This document shows, in pieces, positions 40,476 through 52,800 of a DNA stretch of 64,000 nt. The stretch comes from the human T2T-CHM13v2.0 reference genome, Homo sapiens. A program made the position numbers and the translations under genes. Every line of letters begins with the position of its first letter. Positions within the stretch are counted from its first letter, which is position 1. The stretch lies in assembly GCF_009914755.1 (NCBI RefSeq), contig NC_060934.1, one strand, 5' to 3'. A model generated the notes under the pieces. The model ran no database searches and was not told where the DNA came from. It saw nothing but the letters and a program-made list of their open reading frames with translations.

Positions 40476-41895
40476 TCAGTCTGAAGCCATGCTCAGAGTC
40501 TATGCCCCAAGGCTACTATATATAAAATAAATTTATATCATGTTTTTTCCATCCTTTTTATAATAAAAAGCTTGAAGAAAATCTCCAGTAAACCTATCTC
40601 ACTAAGTTTGATTTTTAAAAGGTGATATTATACTACAGGTCTAACATTTTATGAAATTCTGATATCAAGAAGTAATATCCCAGGTTCATCCAATCTCTCC
40701 TTACAAAAAGAAAGTTCTAAGTGCACAATCACCTTGTGCAAAGACAACATAAAAATTTTTGTACTAAAATAAGCAAATTCCAATGCTAAGTTCAAAAAAA
40801 ATCATTTCAAATTAAGTACTGGAGGAGTCAAAATTTCAGTTTCATGGATGTGTATGCACAAGACATTGAATCATTTTGAATGCCTACTGACTATAAAATG
40901 GATAGCATTTATAAAAATAAAATTAACAGCCCAGCAGAAAACATTTTTTAAAAAATTTATAGCTATGTAAGACTAAGAGAAAAAAATTCAACAATGATGT
41001 TTAAAGTAAAATGGAAAAGGATTAACATGCCTCTTGATATGGAGTGTATCATTAGAAGAAACAATGCACTGAACACGTGACCATGCTCAGTACACCATTA
41101 CTCAAATCACCTGCTCAACAACAAAAGACTTCAAAAGGTTATTTGCCTGTAGAGCAGTAGCAATCAAATTAAGCAATGTCCAAACACGAGAATGAAAATT
41201 ATAGGTCAATGAAACTGCCGTGTGCTCAAGGTCTGCCAGCACACCACCAACTTAGTAAGAGGGCATGGTGTGTTTCAAGACACCCTAATCAAAGACTCCA
41301 GGACCAGATAAGAATACAATATAATTCCAGCAGCATTAAGAACAGGGAATGAAAATTAGAAATGGACATTCCTTTGACTCGCCCTTAAAAAATGAATGTA
41401 TGTTTGGATAATGTGAGATTCATCAGAGAGGAAACAAGTACAGCTCTCACACATAAGGCAAAGCTATGGTGGCCTGGTAGAAAGAAAAAGAAAGAATGAG
41501 ATACAGTTACGAAGTCTACCCTTAGAAGAAACACAAACCATAAACACTAGTTTAAATAAAGTAAGTTAGTTTTTATTCTTAAGATGGAAAAGGCAGCTGA
41601 ACTGAAATAGTGAAAATCCTTTTTCTGACATTCTCTAAAAAATAAGCAAACTCACTGCAGTGGAATTCCTTACCTAGTAGAATCCTAAACATATAAACAT
41701 TTTTCTCCAATTTGCCCCTTAAAAAATAATCACTAAATGAAGCACTCAAGGGACCAAGTCTTCAGTAATCATTGACAATGAAAGTATATATTCTGGGCCA
41801 TGGTCCAATGGAACATATAGTCCTACGAGATAAATGATGGTACAAAAGTAAAGACCTGGCCTTTCTACCAAATAGTTGGGATGTTTTCCTGTGAA

Positions 41896-42210
41896 GTAGT
41901 GGGCTCCAATGGCATCAGAGACCAGTTTCATAGAACACAATTTTTCCACAGATGGTGGAGATGGTTTCAGGATGAAACTGTTTTGCCTCAGATCATCAGG
42001 CATTAGATTCTCATAAGGAGTGCACAACACAGATCTCTTGCATGTGCAGTTCACAATAGGGTTCACACTCCTCTGAGAATCAATGCTGTCTCTTATCTGA
42101 CAGGAGGTGAAGCTGAGACCGTAATGTTCACTTGCCTGCCACTGTGCGGCCCGGTTCCCAACAGGGCACAGACTGATATCAGTCCACGTCACAGGGGTTG
42201 GGGACCCCTG
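41896..42210. mobile_element. MER1B-like element, opposite orientation to the copy at 33530
   Basis: ctcagatcatcaggcattagattctcataaggag...ggggttggggacccctg. Confidence 0.9.
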
Positions 42211-42634
42211 CTATAAACTATGTCTGACCTTAATACTTCCCTGCTCAAGTCCTTTTGGGAAACCCCAGGTCGAAAATGATGTTGTTAACTAAAATTTCTT
42301 GGGATGGTCCTTGTTTTCTTCTTTATTGTATCTTGCCGTAACTCACCCCTGCACTCTATAGTCCAAATATACAAACCATTGCTTAGATTCATAAGCTTAC
42401 ACCAGGCAGCTCTGAATCATTTTCTCTCTCATCTCACACTCTCTAACTGGAACACTCTTATCCTCTGTCATCTGGGAAACACATATCTTCTTAATCTCAA
42501 TGTAAGCATGCCTTTGACTATCCTTTCATGACTTCATCCTCCAAATGGAAGTTACCACTCCCTCCTTTCTGCCACCAATAAAGCCTGAATTCAGCTTTAT
42601 TTGATTCCCTTAACACTTTCTACACAGATTGGTT

Positions 42635-45303
42635 TAACATACCAGCACTATTCATTTTATTGTGCTTTGCAGATATTGCATTTTTTACAACTTAAAGGTT
42701 TATGGCAATCCTGCAATGAGCAAGTCTATCAGTGCCATTTTTCCAACACCATGTGCTCACTTTGTGTCTCTGGGTCACATTTTGGTAATTCTCAAAATAT
42801 TTCAATTTTTTTCTTTATTATTATATCTATTTGGTGATCTAGGATCAGTGATGTTTGAAGTTACTATTAATATTGTAACTGTTTTGGGTAGCCACAAACC
42901 ACATCCATATAAGATGGAAACCTTAATTAGTAAATGTTGTATGTGTGTTCTGACTGCTCCACTGACATGTTCTTCTCTCTCCATCTACCTGGGCCTCCCT
43001 ATTCCCTGAGATACAATAATATTGAAATTAGGCCAAGTAATAACCCTACAATGGCCTTTAAATGTTCAAGGGAAGGAAGGGCCACACATCTTCCACTTTA
43101 AAGCAAAAGCTACAAATGATTAAGCTTAGTGAGGAAGGCATGCTAAAAGCTGAGACAGACCAAAAACTAGGACTCTTTCACTAGTGAGCCAAATTATGAA
43201 TGCAAAAAGCAAGTTTTTGAAGGAAATTAATGTGCTACTCTAGTGAACACATGAATGATAAGAAAGCAAGATAGCCTTATTGCTGCTAGGGAGAAGGTCT
43301 GAGTGCTGTGGATAGATCAAACCAGCCACTAGCCAGGCATGGTGGAGCTCACATCTGTAATTCCAGCACTTTGGAAGGCCAAGATTGGAGGATTGCTCGA
43401 GGCCAGTAATTAAAGACCCGTGTGGGCAACATTGTGAGACCTCATCTCCACACACAAAAATAAAAAAGTTAGCCAGTTGTGGTGGAGCACACTTGTGATC
43501 CCAGCTACTTGGAAGACTGAAGTGGAGGATTGCTGGAACCCAGGAGTTTGAGGCTGTGGTGAGCTATGATCATGCCAATGTGCTCTACCTTGGGCAACAA
43601 AGAGTGAGACCCTGTCTCTTAAAAACAAAACAAAACAAAAACCAGCCACAGCATTTGCAGAGCATGGCCCCGACTCTGCAATTCTGTGAAGACAAGAAAG
43701 TTGAGGAAAATGCAAAAGAAAAGTTTGAAGCTAGTAGAGGTTGATTCAAGAGGTTTAAGGAAAGAAGCTGTCTTCATAACATAAAAGTGCAAAGTGAAGC
43801 AGCAAGTGCTGATTTAGAAGTTATAGCAAGTTATCCAGAAGATCTAGCAAAGAAAACTGATGAAGGTGGTTACACTAAACCACAGATTTTTCAGTGTAGG
43901 CAAGACAGCCCTATACTGTAGTGGGAGAAGATCCTACCTAGGACTGTCACAACTACAGAGAAGTCAATGCCTAGCTTCAAAGGACAGGCTGACTTTCTTG
44001 TTAGGTGCTAATGTAGCTAGTGACATTAAGTTGAAGCCAATGCTCACTTACCATTCTAAAAATCCTAGAGTCCTTAAGAATTATGCTAAATCTACTCTGC
44101 TTGTGATATATACATGGAACAACAAAGCCTGGATGACAGTACATCTGTCTACAGCATGGTTTGCTGAATATTTTAAGCCTACTGTTGAGACCTGCTGGCC
44201 AGAAAAGAAATTTCTTTTTAAAATATTACTGCTCATTGACAATGCACCTGATCACCCAAGATCTCTGATGGAGATATACAAGCAGACTAATGTTGTTTTC
44301 AGGCCTGCTAACACAACATTGATTCTGCAGCCCATCATCAAGGAGTAATTTCAACTTTTGTGTCTTATTATTTAAGAAATGCATTTTCTAAGGCTATAGC
44401 TGCCATAAGTCGTTGTTTGTCTGATGGGTCTGAGCAAAGTAAATTGAATATCTTTTGGAAAGGATTCACTATTCTAGATCCCATTAAGCACATGTGTGAT
44501 TCTTGGGAGGAGGTCAAAATATCAACATTAACAGGAGTTTGCAAGAGGTTGACTCCAATCCTCATAGACAACTTTGGGGGCTCAAGACTTCAATGGAGGA
44601 AGTATTAATAACGGCAGATGTGGTGGAAATAGCAAGAGAGCTAGAAACCTGAAGACATGATTGAATTGCAAGAGAACTAGAAACCTGAAGACATGACATG
44701 CCTCATGATAAAACTTGAATGGATGAGGAGTTACTTCTTATGGATGATCAAAGAAAGTGGTTCCTTGAGATGGAATCTACTCTTGGGTGAAGACACTATG
44801 AACATTGTTGAAATGACAACAAAATATTTAGAGTATTACATAAACTTAGTTGATAAAGCAGTGGTGATGTTGAGATTGACTTCAATTTTAAAGAAGTTCT
44901 ACTGTGAGTAATGTTATCAAACAGCATTACATGTTACAGAGAGATCTTTCACGAAACGAAGAGTTTGTCAATGTGGCAAACTTCACTGTTGTCTTATTTT
45001 AAGGAATTGCCACAGCCACCCCAACCTTTGGCAACCACCATCCATCAATAGCCACTGACATCAAAAAAAGAACTTCCACAAGCAAAAAGATTAAGACTCG
45101 CAGAAAGTTCAAGTATGTGCATTGCCTTTTTAGACATAAAAAACACGTACTTAATAGATATACTTAACAGACTACAGCATAGTGCAAATATAACTTTTAT
45201 ATGCACTGGGAAACCAAAAAATGTGCATGACTTGCTTAGTTGTGATATCCACTTTACTGCAGTGGTCTGGAACCAAGCCTACCATATCTGTGAGGTATGC
45301 CTG
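42635..45303 (+). mobile_element. Tigger1 DNA transposon, near full length, transposase pseudogenised
   Basis: Right TIR gaggtatgcctg followed by TA at 45292-45305. Pogo-type DDE remnants ([30 protein letters not shown]) are broken by stops and frameshifts. Left TIR degenerate; ~29-bp internal duplication at 44632-44696. Confidence 0.93.
43331..43638 (+). mobile_element. AluJ nested in Tigger1
   Basis: (CAAAA)n tail; TSD aaaccagccac. Confidence 0.93.
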
Positions 45304-45448
45304 TAGCTGGCTCTAGCCAGTAATTGAAGGCTCTCCCCTATGTAGCATCTGCTAAGTGAATTGAATTAATAGAATTTCAGTCAGTATCACATGATTTATT
45401 AAGCACACCTAAGTTGTGAACCTGGATAGTATACCCTTCTTTGGATGC

Positions 45449-45824
45449 TGCTATGGACAAAATTGTGTCTCCCCTCAACCCCCCAAATTTATATGTTAAA
45501 ATTCTAACCCCCAATGTGACTGTATGTGTATGTTAAGGTTAAATAAGGTAATAAGGATGAGGTCCTAATATGATAGGATTGCTGGTCATAAAAGAAGAGC
45601 AAAAGATGCCTCTCCTTCCACAGATACACACTGAGGAAAGGCCATGTGAGCACATAGCAAGAAGATGGTCATCAGCAAGCTGGGAAGAGTGTCCCCACTA
45701 GGACTAACCATGCTGACACCCTAATCTCAGCCTTTCATTCTCTAGAACTGTGAGAAAATAAATTTGTGTTGTTTAAGCCACCTAGTCTATTGTAGTTTTT
45801 TTAATGTCAGTCCAAGCTAATACA
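45449..45824 (+). mobile_element. MLT1A/B-type solo LTR
   Basis: TGCTATGGAC...agaactgtgagaaaataaattt...GCTAATACA; perfect TSD gatgc. Confidence 0.9.
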
Positions 45825-48800
45825 GATGCTAAAGAAAAAAAATCTTTAAGTGTCACTTCCTACATTTTATTCTTGGCAGCTGGTTAAAATAAGCACTTCT
45901 GCAGTATAATATCAGAGGGGGCAATATGTTATCCTGTGTCATCTCTTCTATAGGATCAGTTACTCTACATCAAGCTTGAAATTCCACCATGATGACCACT
46001 TCGAGGTTAGGTGTTATCATTTTAAAAACTTTAAAAAATACGGTCTTATTGATTATTTTTATTTTACTTTCCTAGTATCCCCAGTAGCTGCCTCAGGTAC
46101 ATGATCCCCATTTTATAGAAAAAGAGAGTTTGATTCATCTATTCAAGACAAGATATCAAGTTAGAAGCAACATTACAAGAGCACCCAGGTCTCTTCAAGC
46201 AAATCCTTCTTTGATAACTAGCATAAGTTGACATAAACAGCTATGGAATATGGATACACACAGACACCCTCTTCACATTCCAGAACAAAACACAGAAATT
46301 ATTAGAAAAAGCATTTCCTAACACCAACTTGAATCATTATATTCCTGATCAAAATACAAAAATACTATGCGCTAACAGAGGAATAATATGATTCCATCAC
46401 ATTTACCTTGATGACTCCATATTAAATGTCTCAAGAGAGACTTTATACCCAAATGCCCTAAGCATGTGATCTGTTTTTCTGAAAACACTCAACACCAACA
46501 CATAATTTTAAAGGCCATTTTAAGATAGATTTTTTTTATGGAAAATGATGTCACACTAAATTTTGTTTTAAAATAATTCCATATGTCACTAGGAAATATT
46601 TTGAATGCTTGGGGAGCTTGTTGCCACAGAGTTTGGCAGGTTGCCTATATTTCCCACCTGAAATGCTTTTATTTGACCACACCCTCCCCTGCTTCAGTAT
46701 AGGTCATCTGGAGCACCCAGAAAACTTATGGAATATTTGCTTCAGAATAAAAAGGTATATATATATGTATACATATTTTTCAGCAACAAAATATTGTATC
46801 CTTTTTCCAGAAAATATGGGGAGAAAAGGCCTACTCCTTTGAAAGATATCTACTTTTTGATATGTATCTGCTCTAACACTGAAAATTCTTAGTAAACTCT
46901 GATCAGTAAACTGGTAGAGATAATTCAATGGGACATTTATTTAGTGTCAACTGCATACAAGGCAGCATGCTGAGTGCTTTTGGAGGAAAATATCAGGAGG
47001 TTCAATGTGGTCAAGAGAATAAAGTAGGTATCTGATAGCTTGAAAAAGAAGCAGAATGTGTTAAGTGTCCAGACAGTATAAGGTGCTGTGTTCATCCAGA
47101 AGACTAACTTCCAACTAGGGAGAATCAAGACATTTCAAGAAGAGGGCAAGATATGGGTTTGACCTTCAAGGATGGGTAGGATGTCACCCAGTGGGCTGGC
47201 ACAGAAATGCATTCTCAATGGACAAAGAACAAGCATCAGAAGAATGATTTAATTCAGGGACTGGTAAAAACCCTGGTCTGGATAGAGTCAGATGTGAATG
47301 AAATATAATGAGGGGGAAAAAAACAGAAATGTGGGTACAGGTTAGACTGGAGAGCTTCAGGCCCTATGGTCAGGAATTTGGTATTCACTGAGCAGGCAGT
47401 AAGGAGTTTAGAAGGTACTAGACAGAGGGTGATGATCAAAGCTTTCATTAAGAGTGCCCTAGCAGCAGTTGGGAGAGTGTGGAATGAAGGAAGAAGGGCT
47501 CAAAGCAATTGACTTTATATTGTGCTCTGAGCAGGATAACCTCATATGAGGAGACATGGAACACAGCTGGGAAAATTTCAAGGTAGAGAGAGGGGAAAAA
47601 AAAGCCCGTGTTAAAGGATTCCACATAAAAGCTCGATGATTTACAACGAATCCAGCCACTGCTCACTCTAATATGGATTGCACCGTCGTGGTTCATGTGT
47701 CTGTCTCGGCTCTCTATGACACTCTATGTTCAGAATCATGGTGGAGCCTGTCAAGACACTTAAAGCCATATCTTATAAACATGAGCAAACCTGACAGGTT
47801 TTTTTTTTTTTTTTTGAGACCAGTGCCACTATGCTAGGCATTAAACAAATCATTTGTGCTGTGCAGCTGAGACCTGCTCCCTTGGGAAATCAGACTAACA
47901 CCTTTGCAACATCATCAACCCTTGCCAAGGCAATGTACAAGAAGTCAAGGCTGACTTAAAACCAGTCTGCACAGATTCACTATCTGGAAGACATTGAACC
48001 ACTGCCCTAGAATGTTGGCATGTACATAGACATGACCTCAGAACAGTCTGCTGGTAGTAGGTCCCTTAAGAACATCATATTCAAATTAACCTTTTAATTA
48101 ATAATAAACAGATTATGAACATTTTTTTAAACGCCTGATATATTCCACGAGTAGCTGAAATCTTTATCTTCTCTACTATAGCCACCATTCTGTATGTGTC
48201 CACTGTCTGAGCATACATTACATTGGGCCAAGGAAGCATTTTAAAGAGGTAAAATTATATATGAGTCCTAGTAATTAAAATATTATATCTGAAGATTTTG
48301 ACTATAGATTTTAAAATACAGCACACATTCTCCTTAAATATCTATGAGCTATAATCCTATTTTAGATATTTGTTTTTCTTTGTTACAGATGCACAACTGT
48401 CTTTTCCATTGGTGGCACACCCTAAAACCAAGACAATTTATAAATCACAATGGATCAAAACCAAATGACAGATCTAGAGAATTATCTTTTTTCCCCATTT
48501 CAAAATGAATTAAAAAGTTAGGAGCACCTTTGAAGATATACACATTCAAGAAAACCAAAATGAATCTACAGGTTTACCATAATCATCTATTAATATATTG
48601 ATGATTCCTCAATTTACATGGAAAACAAAATTAATTTTTTGGATTATAATAGACAAACTGGGTATATAGCTGTATGACTGCAGGGTCGAATGCAAACCTG
48701 AGATCTGTCAGCCATAAAGTGATCAATAATTAAAATGGAGTTCACCTCCATGCTGTAATTTTAAAGTATAACTATAGGTTTCTCTAAGTTTCCCTAAAAT

Positions 48801-49206
48801 ATATGTTAAAGCTAAACATCTATACCATAATAATATTCATTAGTAATTATACCCTGTTGATTAACGAGCATTCTGTGAAATTTAAAGGAGAAAAAAACAC
48901 ACCCACCCACATAATTAGGACGTGTTTACTTAATAATCCTGAATATCACTATGAAAAACACACCACTTCAGTGAAATCTAAATGACTGTATTTAACTGTT
49001 TAAATATTTTAGCAGTGTATCCGAGTTGTGATGATTTTCCTCCAAGACAGAACACACCCATTAATAGACTGGAAAAACAAAAGCATTCAGATTCTAGCAG
49101 CTTCTTAAAAATCTAAAGCCAATCTCTTAAAAATTCAGCCTAAAGATCACTTCCTCCCCAGAGCCAGAGAACAATGAAGAGAACATGTTGCTTATTCATT
49201 TCTTAC

Positions 49207-49269
49207 CTTTTTTCCTTTCCTTTTCCTATGAGCAGGTTTTGCATTTTTCTCCTTTGGTTCTTCACTCAT
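49207..49269 (-). CDS. ANK3: ANK3 (ankyrin-G) alternative first coding exon (exon 1e), 21 codons MSEEPKEKNAKPAHRKRKGKK, phase-0 donor
   Basis: Minus strand reads ggaaagATG AGT GAA GAA CCA AAG GAG AAA AAT GCA AAA CCT GCT CAT AGG AAA AGG AAA GGA AAA AAG|gtaaga, with A at -3 and a consensus donor. The peptide matches the ankyrin-G N-terminal variant that continues SDANASYLRAARAG (recognised from memory). Too short for the ORF track. Confidence 0.93.
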
Positions 49270-49370
49270 CTTTCCTTTAAATCAGGTGAGTTTATAAAAG
49301 ACAGATCACCGCCGGTATTCCAACATCCAAAACCACGGCAAAGAGTCAAAGCATTGAGACCAAAGTCCAT
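49266..49370 (-). other. Upstream ORF, 34 aa (MDFGLNALTLCRGFGCWNTGGDLSFINSPDLKER*), stop overlaps the ANK3 start codon (ATGA)
   Basis: Hand translation from ATG at 49370 gives 34 sense codons, then TGA at 49268-49266. The reading frame is directly visible; translation is untested. Confidence 0.6.
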
Positions 49371-49800
49371 TTACGGGTGCTCCCCAGGCAAAGCAGCCGC
49401 TGCTTAAACCCAGCCCCTGCTGCTGTCAGAGAGACGCGGGCTGCTAATGTAGCCCTGTTCAGCTTTCCTCAGGAAGAAACTGGGTGTTCTCTATATCAAA
49501 CAGTCAATTATTCTTCTAAAGAAAATCAATATTTTAGCCTTTCATTTTTAACTAATCGTTACCCTGAGATAAGGTCCTGACAAGACTTTGTTGCTTGTTC
49601 CTCCACAGTGATTTGAGCCTGGAAATGGTGAGAGAGAGAGAAAGAGAGAGAGAGACACACACACACACCCTCACACACACAGAAATAAGCTACAGACTGC
49701 TGACAAGTCTCCGAAGCCTTCCCAGGGGCTGATTTGCTGCTTCTAGCAGGCTGGGAAGCTGAATGTAAATTGCTCTCCGTGCTGCTAGCCTCCCATACTA
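49270..49800 (-). promoter_or_regulatory. ANK3: 5'UTR and proximal promoter of ANK3 exon 1e (TSS not determinable from sequence)
   Basis: Directly upstream of the ATG, free of interspersed repeats, locally richer in GC and CpG than the flanks, contains a GA/CA microsatellite. Not a full CpG island. Confidence 0.65.
49630..49681. repeat. Compound (GA)n(CA)n microsatellite in the ANK3 1e promoter/5'UTR
   Basis: Direct read. An (AACC)n run also lies at ~50105-50130. Confidence 0.95.
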
Positions 49801-52800
49801 ACACATGTGTTGAATGCATCAGGGCATACCGGAGGAGGCAGTCGGGAGAGTGATAAAAGATCAGGTTACTTGGTCTGTAAAAAAAAAATTCAATGATTCA
49901 AACAATAAAAGAGACCTACCACTACTGGAGAAGTCACATCACAGGCTAGATTTTCTCCATGATTACTCTTTTTTTTTTAATGTGACATGCAAAAAAGATG
50001 CCAATCTTCACCTAAGGATTTCTAATGCAGGGTTTATGACGGAAAGCCCCATACCCAATTTGCCATGATTCATATTTAATCATTGGTTTCCTTCCATGAA
50101 TATACCAACCAACCAACCAACCAACTAACAAGAAACCCTCCAGAATATTCAGGAAATACTAAGAGCAAAGCTGCTGTCTCTGTGGCAGAAACATTCTGTG
50201 CTTCTTGACTGTGTTTAGGGCAGTGCAGGTCTCAGATCACATTACACACTCCCCAGCTGCCCTGGCCACACACTGTGCCCACACTCCCCACTGCACGCCA
50301 TCCTGAGTCCCAGGAATCTGGTTATTTTCTGAGTGTCTGGGGTATTTCACACCTGGGTGGAAACCCCCTCACCATGCCTTCCATCCATTTAAACACAGCC
50401 AAATTACTATTATGAGCTGTCATTTAAGCATCTTTAGAAGCATGCCAGATACATTCTGATTCAGGAAAGCATAAGGTTCTAGGAGCAACCACAGACAACC
50501 ACTAAGATGAAAACAGAGCACTTTGAGCAGATAACTGACAGAGGTACAAAGTGAGAGTGGGGTAACAAGTGGGAAAGGGAGAAAGAAGGGGAGAGAGGGT
50601 TCAGGTCCATTCCTAGGGGCTGGGAGCCAGGAATAAATCATATCAGTTCCACACACAGTAACATTGTTATTCAGGAGACATAGCATTCAAATGAATATTA
50701 ACTTTTTCAGGAGAAATGGGATTCAAATGAATGTAAAACACAGCCATACAGGAAAAAACAAGTCACAGAGGGCTAATTTTTCAATGGTATGTGTGGGGGA
50801 CTTAACAGTGGTTGAGGACATGACGCTAAAATATTAAACCAAAAGAACAGATCTGTTGAGGCTGAAATCGTCCCCATTTTTTACCTAGCATATAAAGGGG
50901 GTTTGTGTCCATATTCAACCAAGATTCCTTCTCCTACACCTGAAACACCAGTCCCAGAGAAAGACATGAGTTAGAGGGATGCTTAGATGCTTTACCCAGG
51001 GCTGAGCAGGCCAAGCATAGGGATTCAAGTGACACGCTCAGAGAGCCACGTGGATTTTACCAACCACAGGGCAGCTATTTGAGCTAATTTCTATTTGAGG
51101 TGTGCGCATTAATTATAATAATACACATCTCAGTAAGTCTGGGATGGCCAGAATTCTGAATGGTGTTGGGCATCTAATCACCATGTTCTACATTTCTGCT
51201 CAGACACTGAACTGCTATTTAACCACAGTTTCCATTTTCTGCCACTATTCAGTAACATTCCTCTTGTCATGCAATATAAAAGGTAGAACATCTCAAGACG
51301 GCAAAATAAACCTTTCAAGTTCTTCAGTGATTCAACCCTTGCTCATCTTCAAAACACAGGGAAATCTGGGGAACTGGCAGTACCTTTACTGCTTCTACCG
51401 CTCATTGACTTCAATCGGGTGAACCTTGTTTATTAGTCGTGTGTCTTTTGAGGGATGAGGATGAGGTAGGTGCTTTATACAAATTCTTCATAAGCTGAAG
51501 AGTCTAAGCAGGTGGATTCAATTTTGACTTTCCCACCTAAATCTTGACATTCTTTACTAGGTAAGCAACAGAGATAGTACATCCACCTAAAGTAATTTGT
51601 CTATAGTAGATTCCAAGCAGTAGGATTTACCTCCCAAAAGAAGCCTTTGTCAACAACTATTTACTGACTATCCAAAGAACATGGGCCTCTTTCTTTAAAA
51701 ACAAAAAGCAAACAAAAACAACTGAGGGGGTATAAAAATTGAGATTAAATTTAGTTCATTTACATAAAAATTTACAAGTTAATTGGGATTATAAAATATA
51801 CAAAATACAATTAACATGATATGTCTGGCCAAGGGCATAGCACAAGAATATGTTTGAAGAAAATGTCTTTATAAAATTCTTTTTAAACTATAAACGGGTG
51901 TTTAAATTAATGTAAAATTTAGGAAATTGATCGAATAAACATGAATTGGCAGGAAATGAATCAACCTGTGACTAAGGGTAGTTGTTCGCCCATTTCTTTG
52001 ATAAAGCATGATCTTGGCTGTATTCATTTGTATATGTAAGGTTCGTATTACAAGCTGAAGTGCTCTCTGCTGGTTGGATGGAAAAAAAAAAAGGACGTTT
52101 GAAGACTGGATTATACGGCAAAATTCTACAAAAGATCATTTTAAGAAGGAATTATTCTTCCTGATGAGGAACTTGTGACTTTGAATAATATTTCAAGATG
52201 TCACATTGTTTAATCAGGTCTGACAGAAAACCCAGTTTTGAAGAATATGTTTAAAATATGTCAAATTATTTAGATAGCAAAATGTATCATTTAAAGTTAT
52301 AATTTAATAATAAAACTATGTGGCATATAACATGTTTTATGTCCATTTTCTGTAACTTGATAAGTTCCAGACTTTTTAAAAGAAACAAAGAATTACATCT
52401 CTGAAACTGTGTTAAGGCCAAAAGAGCTCCTATGCTAGAGTTAAGGCCTTAAATCATCACAAAATCAATAGTAATTTAATTTCTAACAATGTAAAAACAT
52501 ATCTTCACTTTATAAAATAGGGCAAATTTCATTTAAGGGTTGAAAAATTAAAACAACTTACCTTTAATAGAAAAGGTATTAGTTATTATTATTTAATGAT
52601 GTTTCTCTACACCTCTACTCTAGAAATACGCATTCAAAGAAATAATGATTGTTTTAATATGCCCAAAGGTGTGCCAGTGCATTTTAAATTAAAATTGCTC
52701 TGTGTAAAAGAGTAATTTGATTGACCTAAAAACAGTCTAGGGGTGATTACTTGTTTCAAAAATGTTAAATGTTAACTACTTTGCGGCGGTAATCTCTTTT

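Noticed and set aside
43860-44911. ORFs with transposase motifs (162, 82 and 72 aa) as a domesticated TIGD-like gene
   Set aside because: They are fragments of a decayed Tigger1 with stops, frameshifts and an Alu insertion.
49290-49340. Viral-type TURBS upstream of the ATGA overlap
   Set aside because: The core UGGGA motif is absent; only TGGAT and TGGAA occur.
49470-49565. Possible small intron within the 1e 5'UTR (minus-strand AGG|GTAACG)
   Set aside because: The donor is plausible but no clear acceptor is present; unsupported without transcript data.
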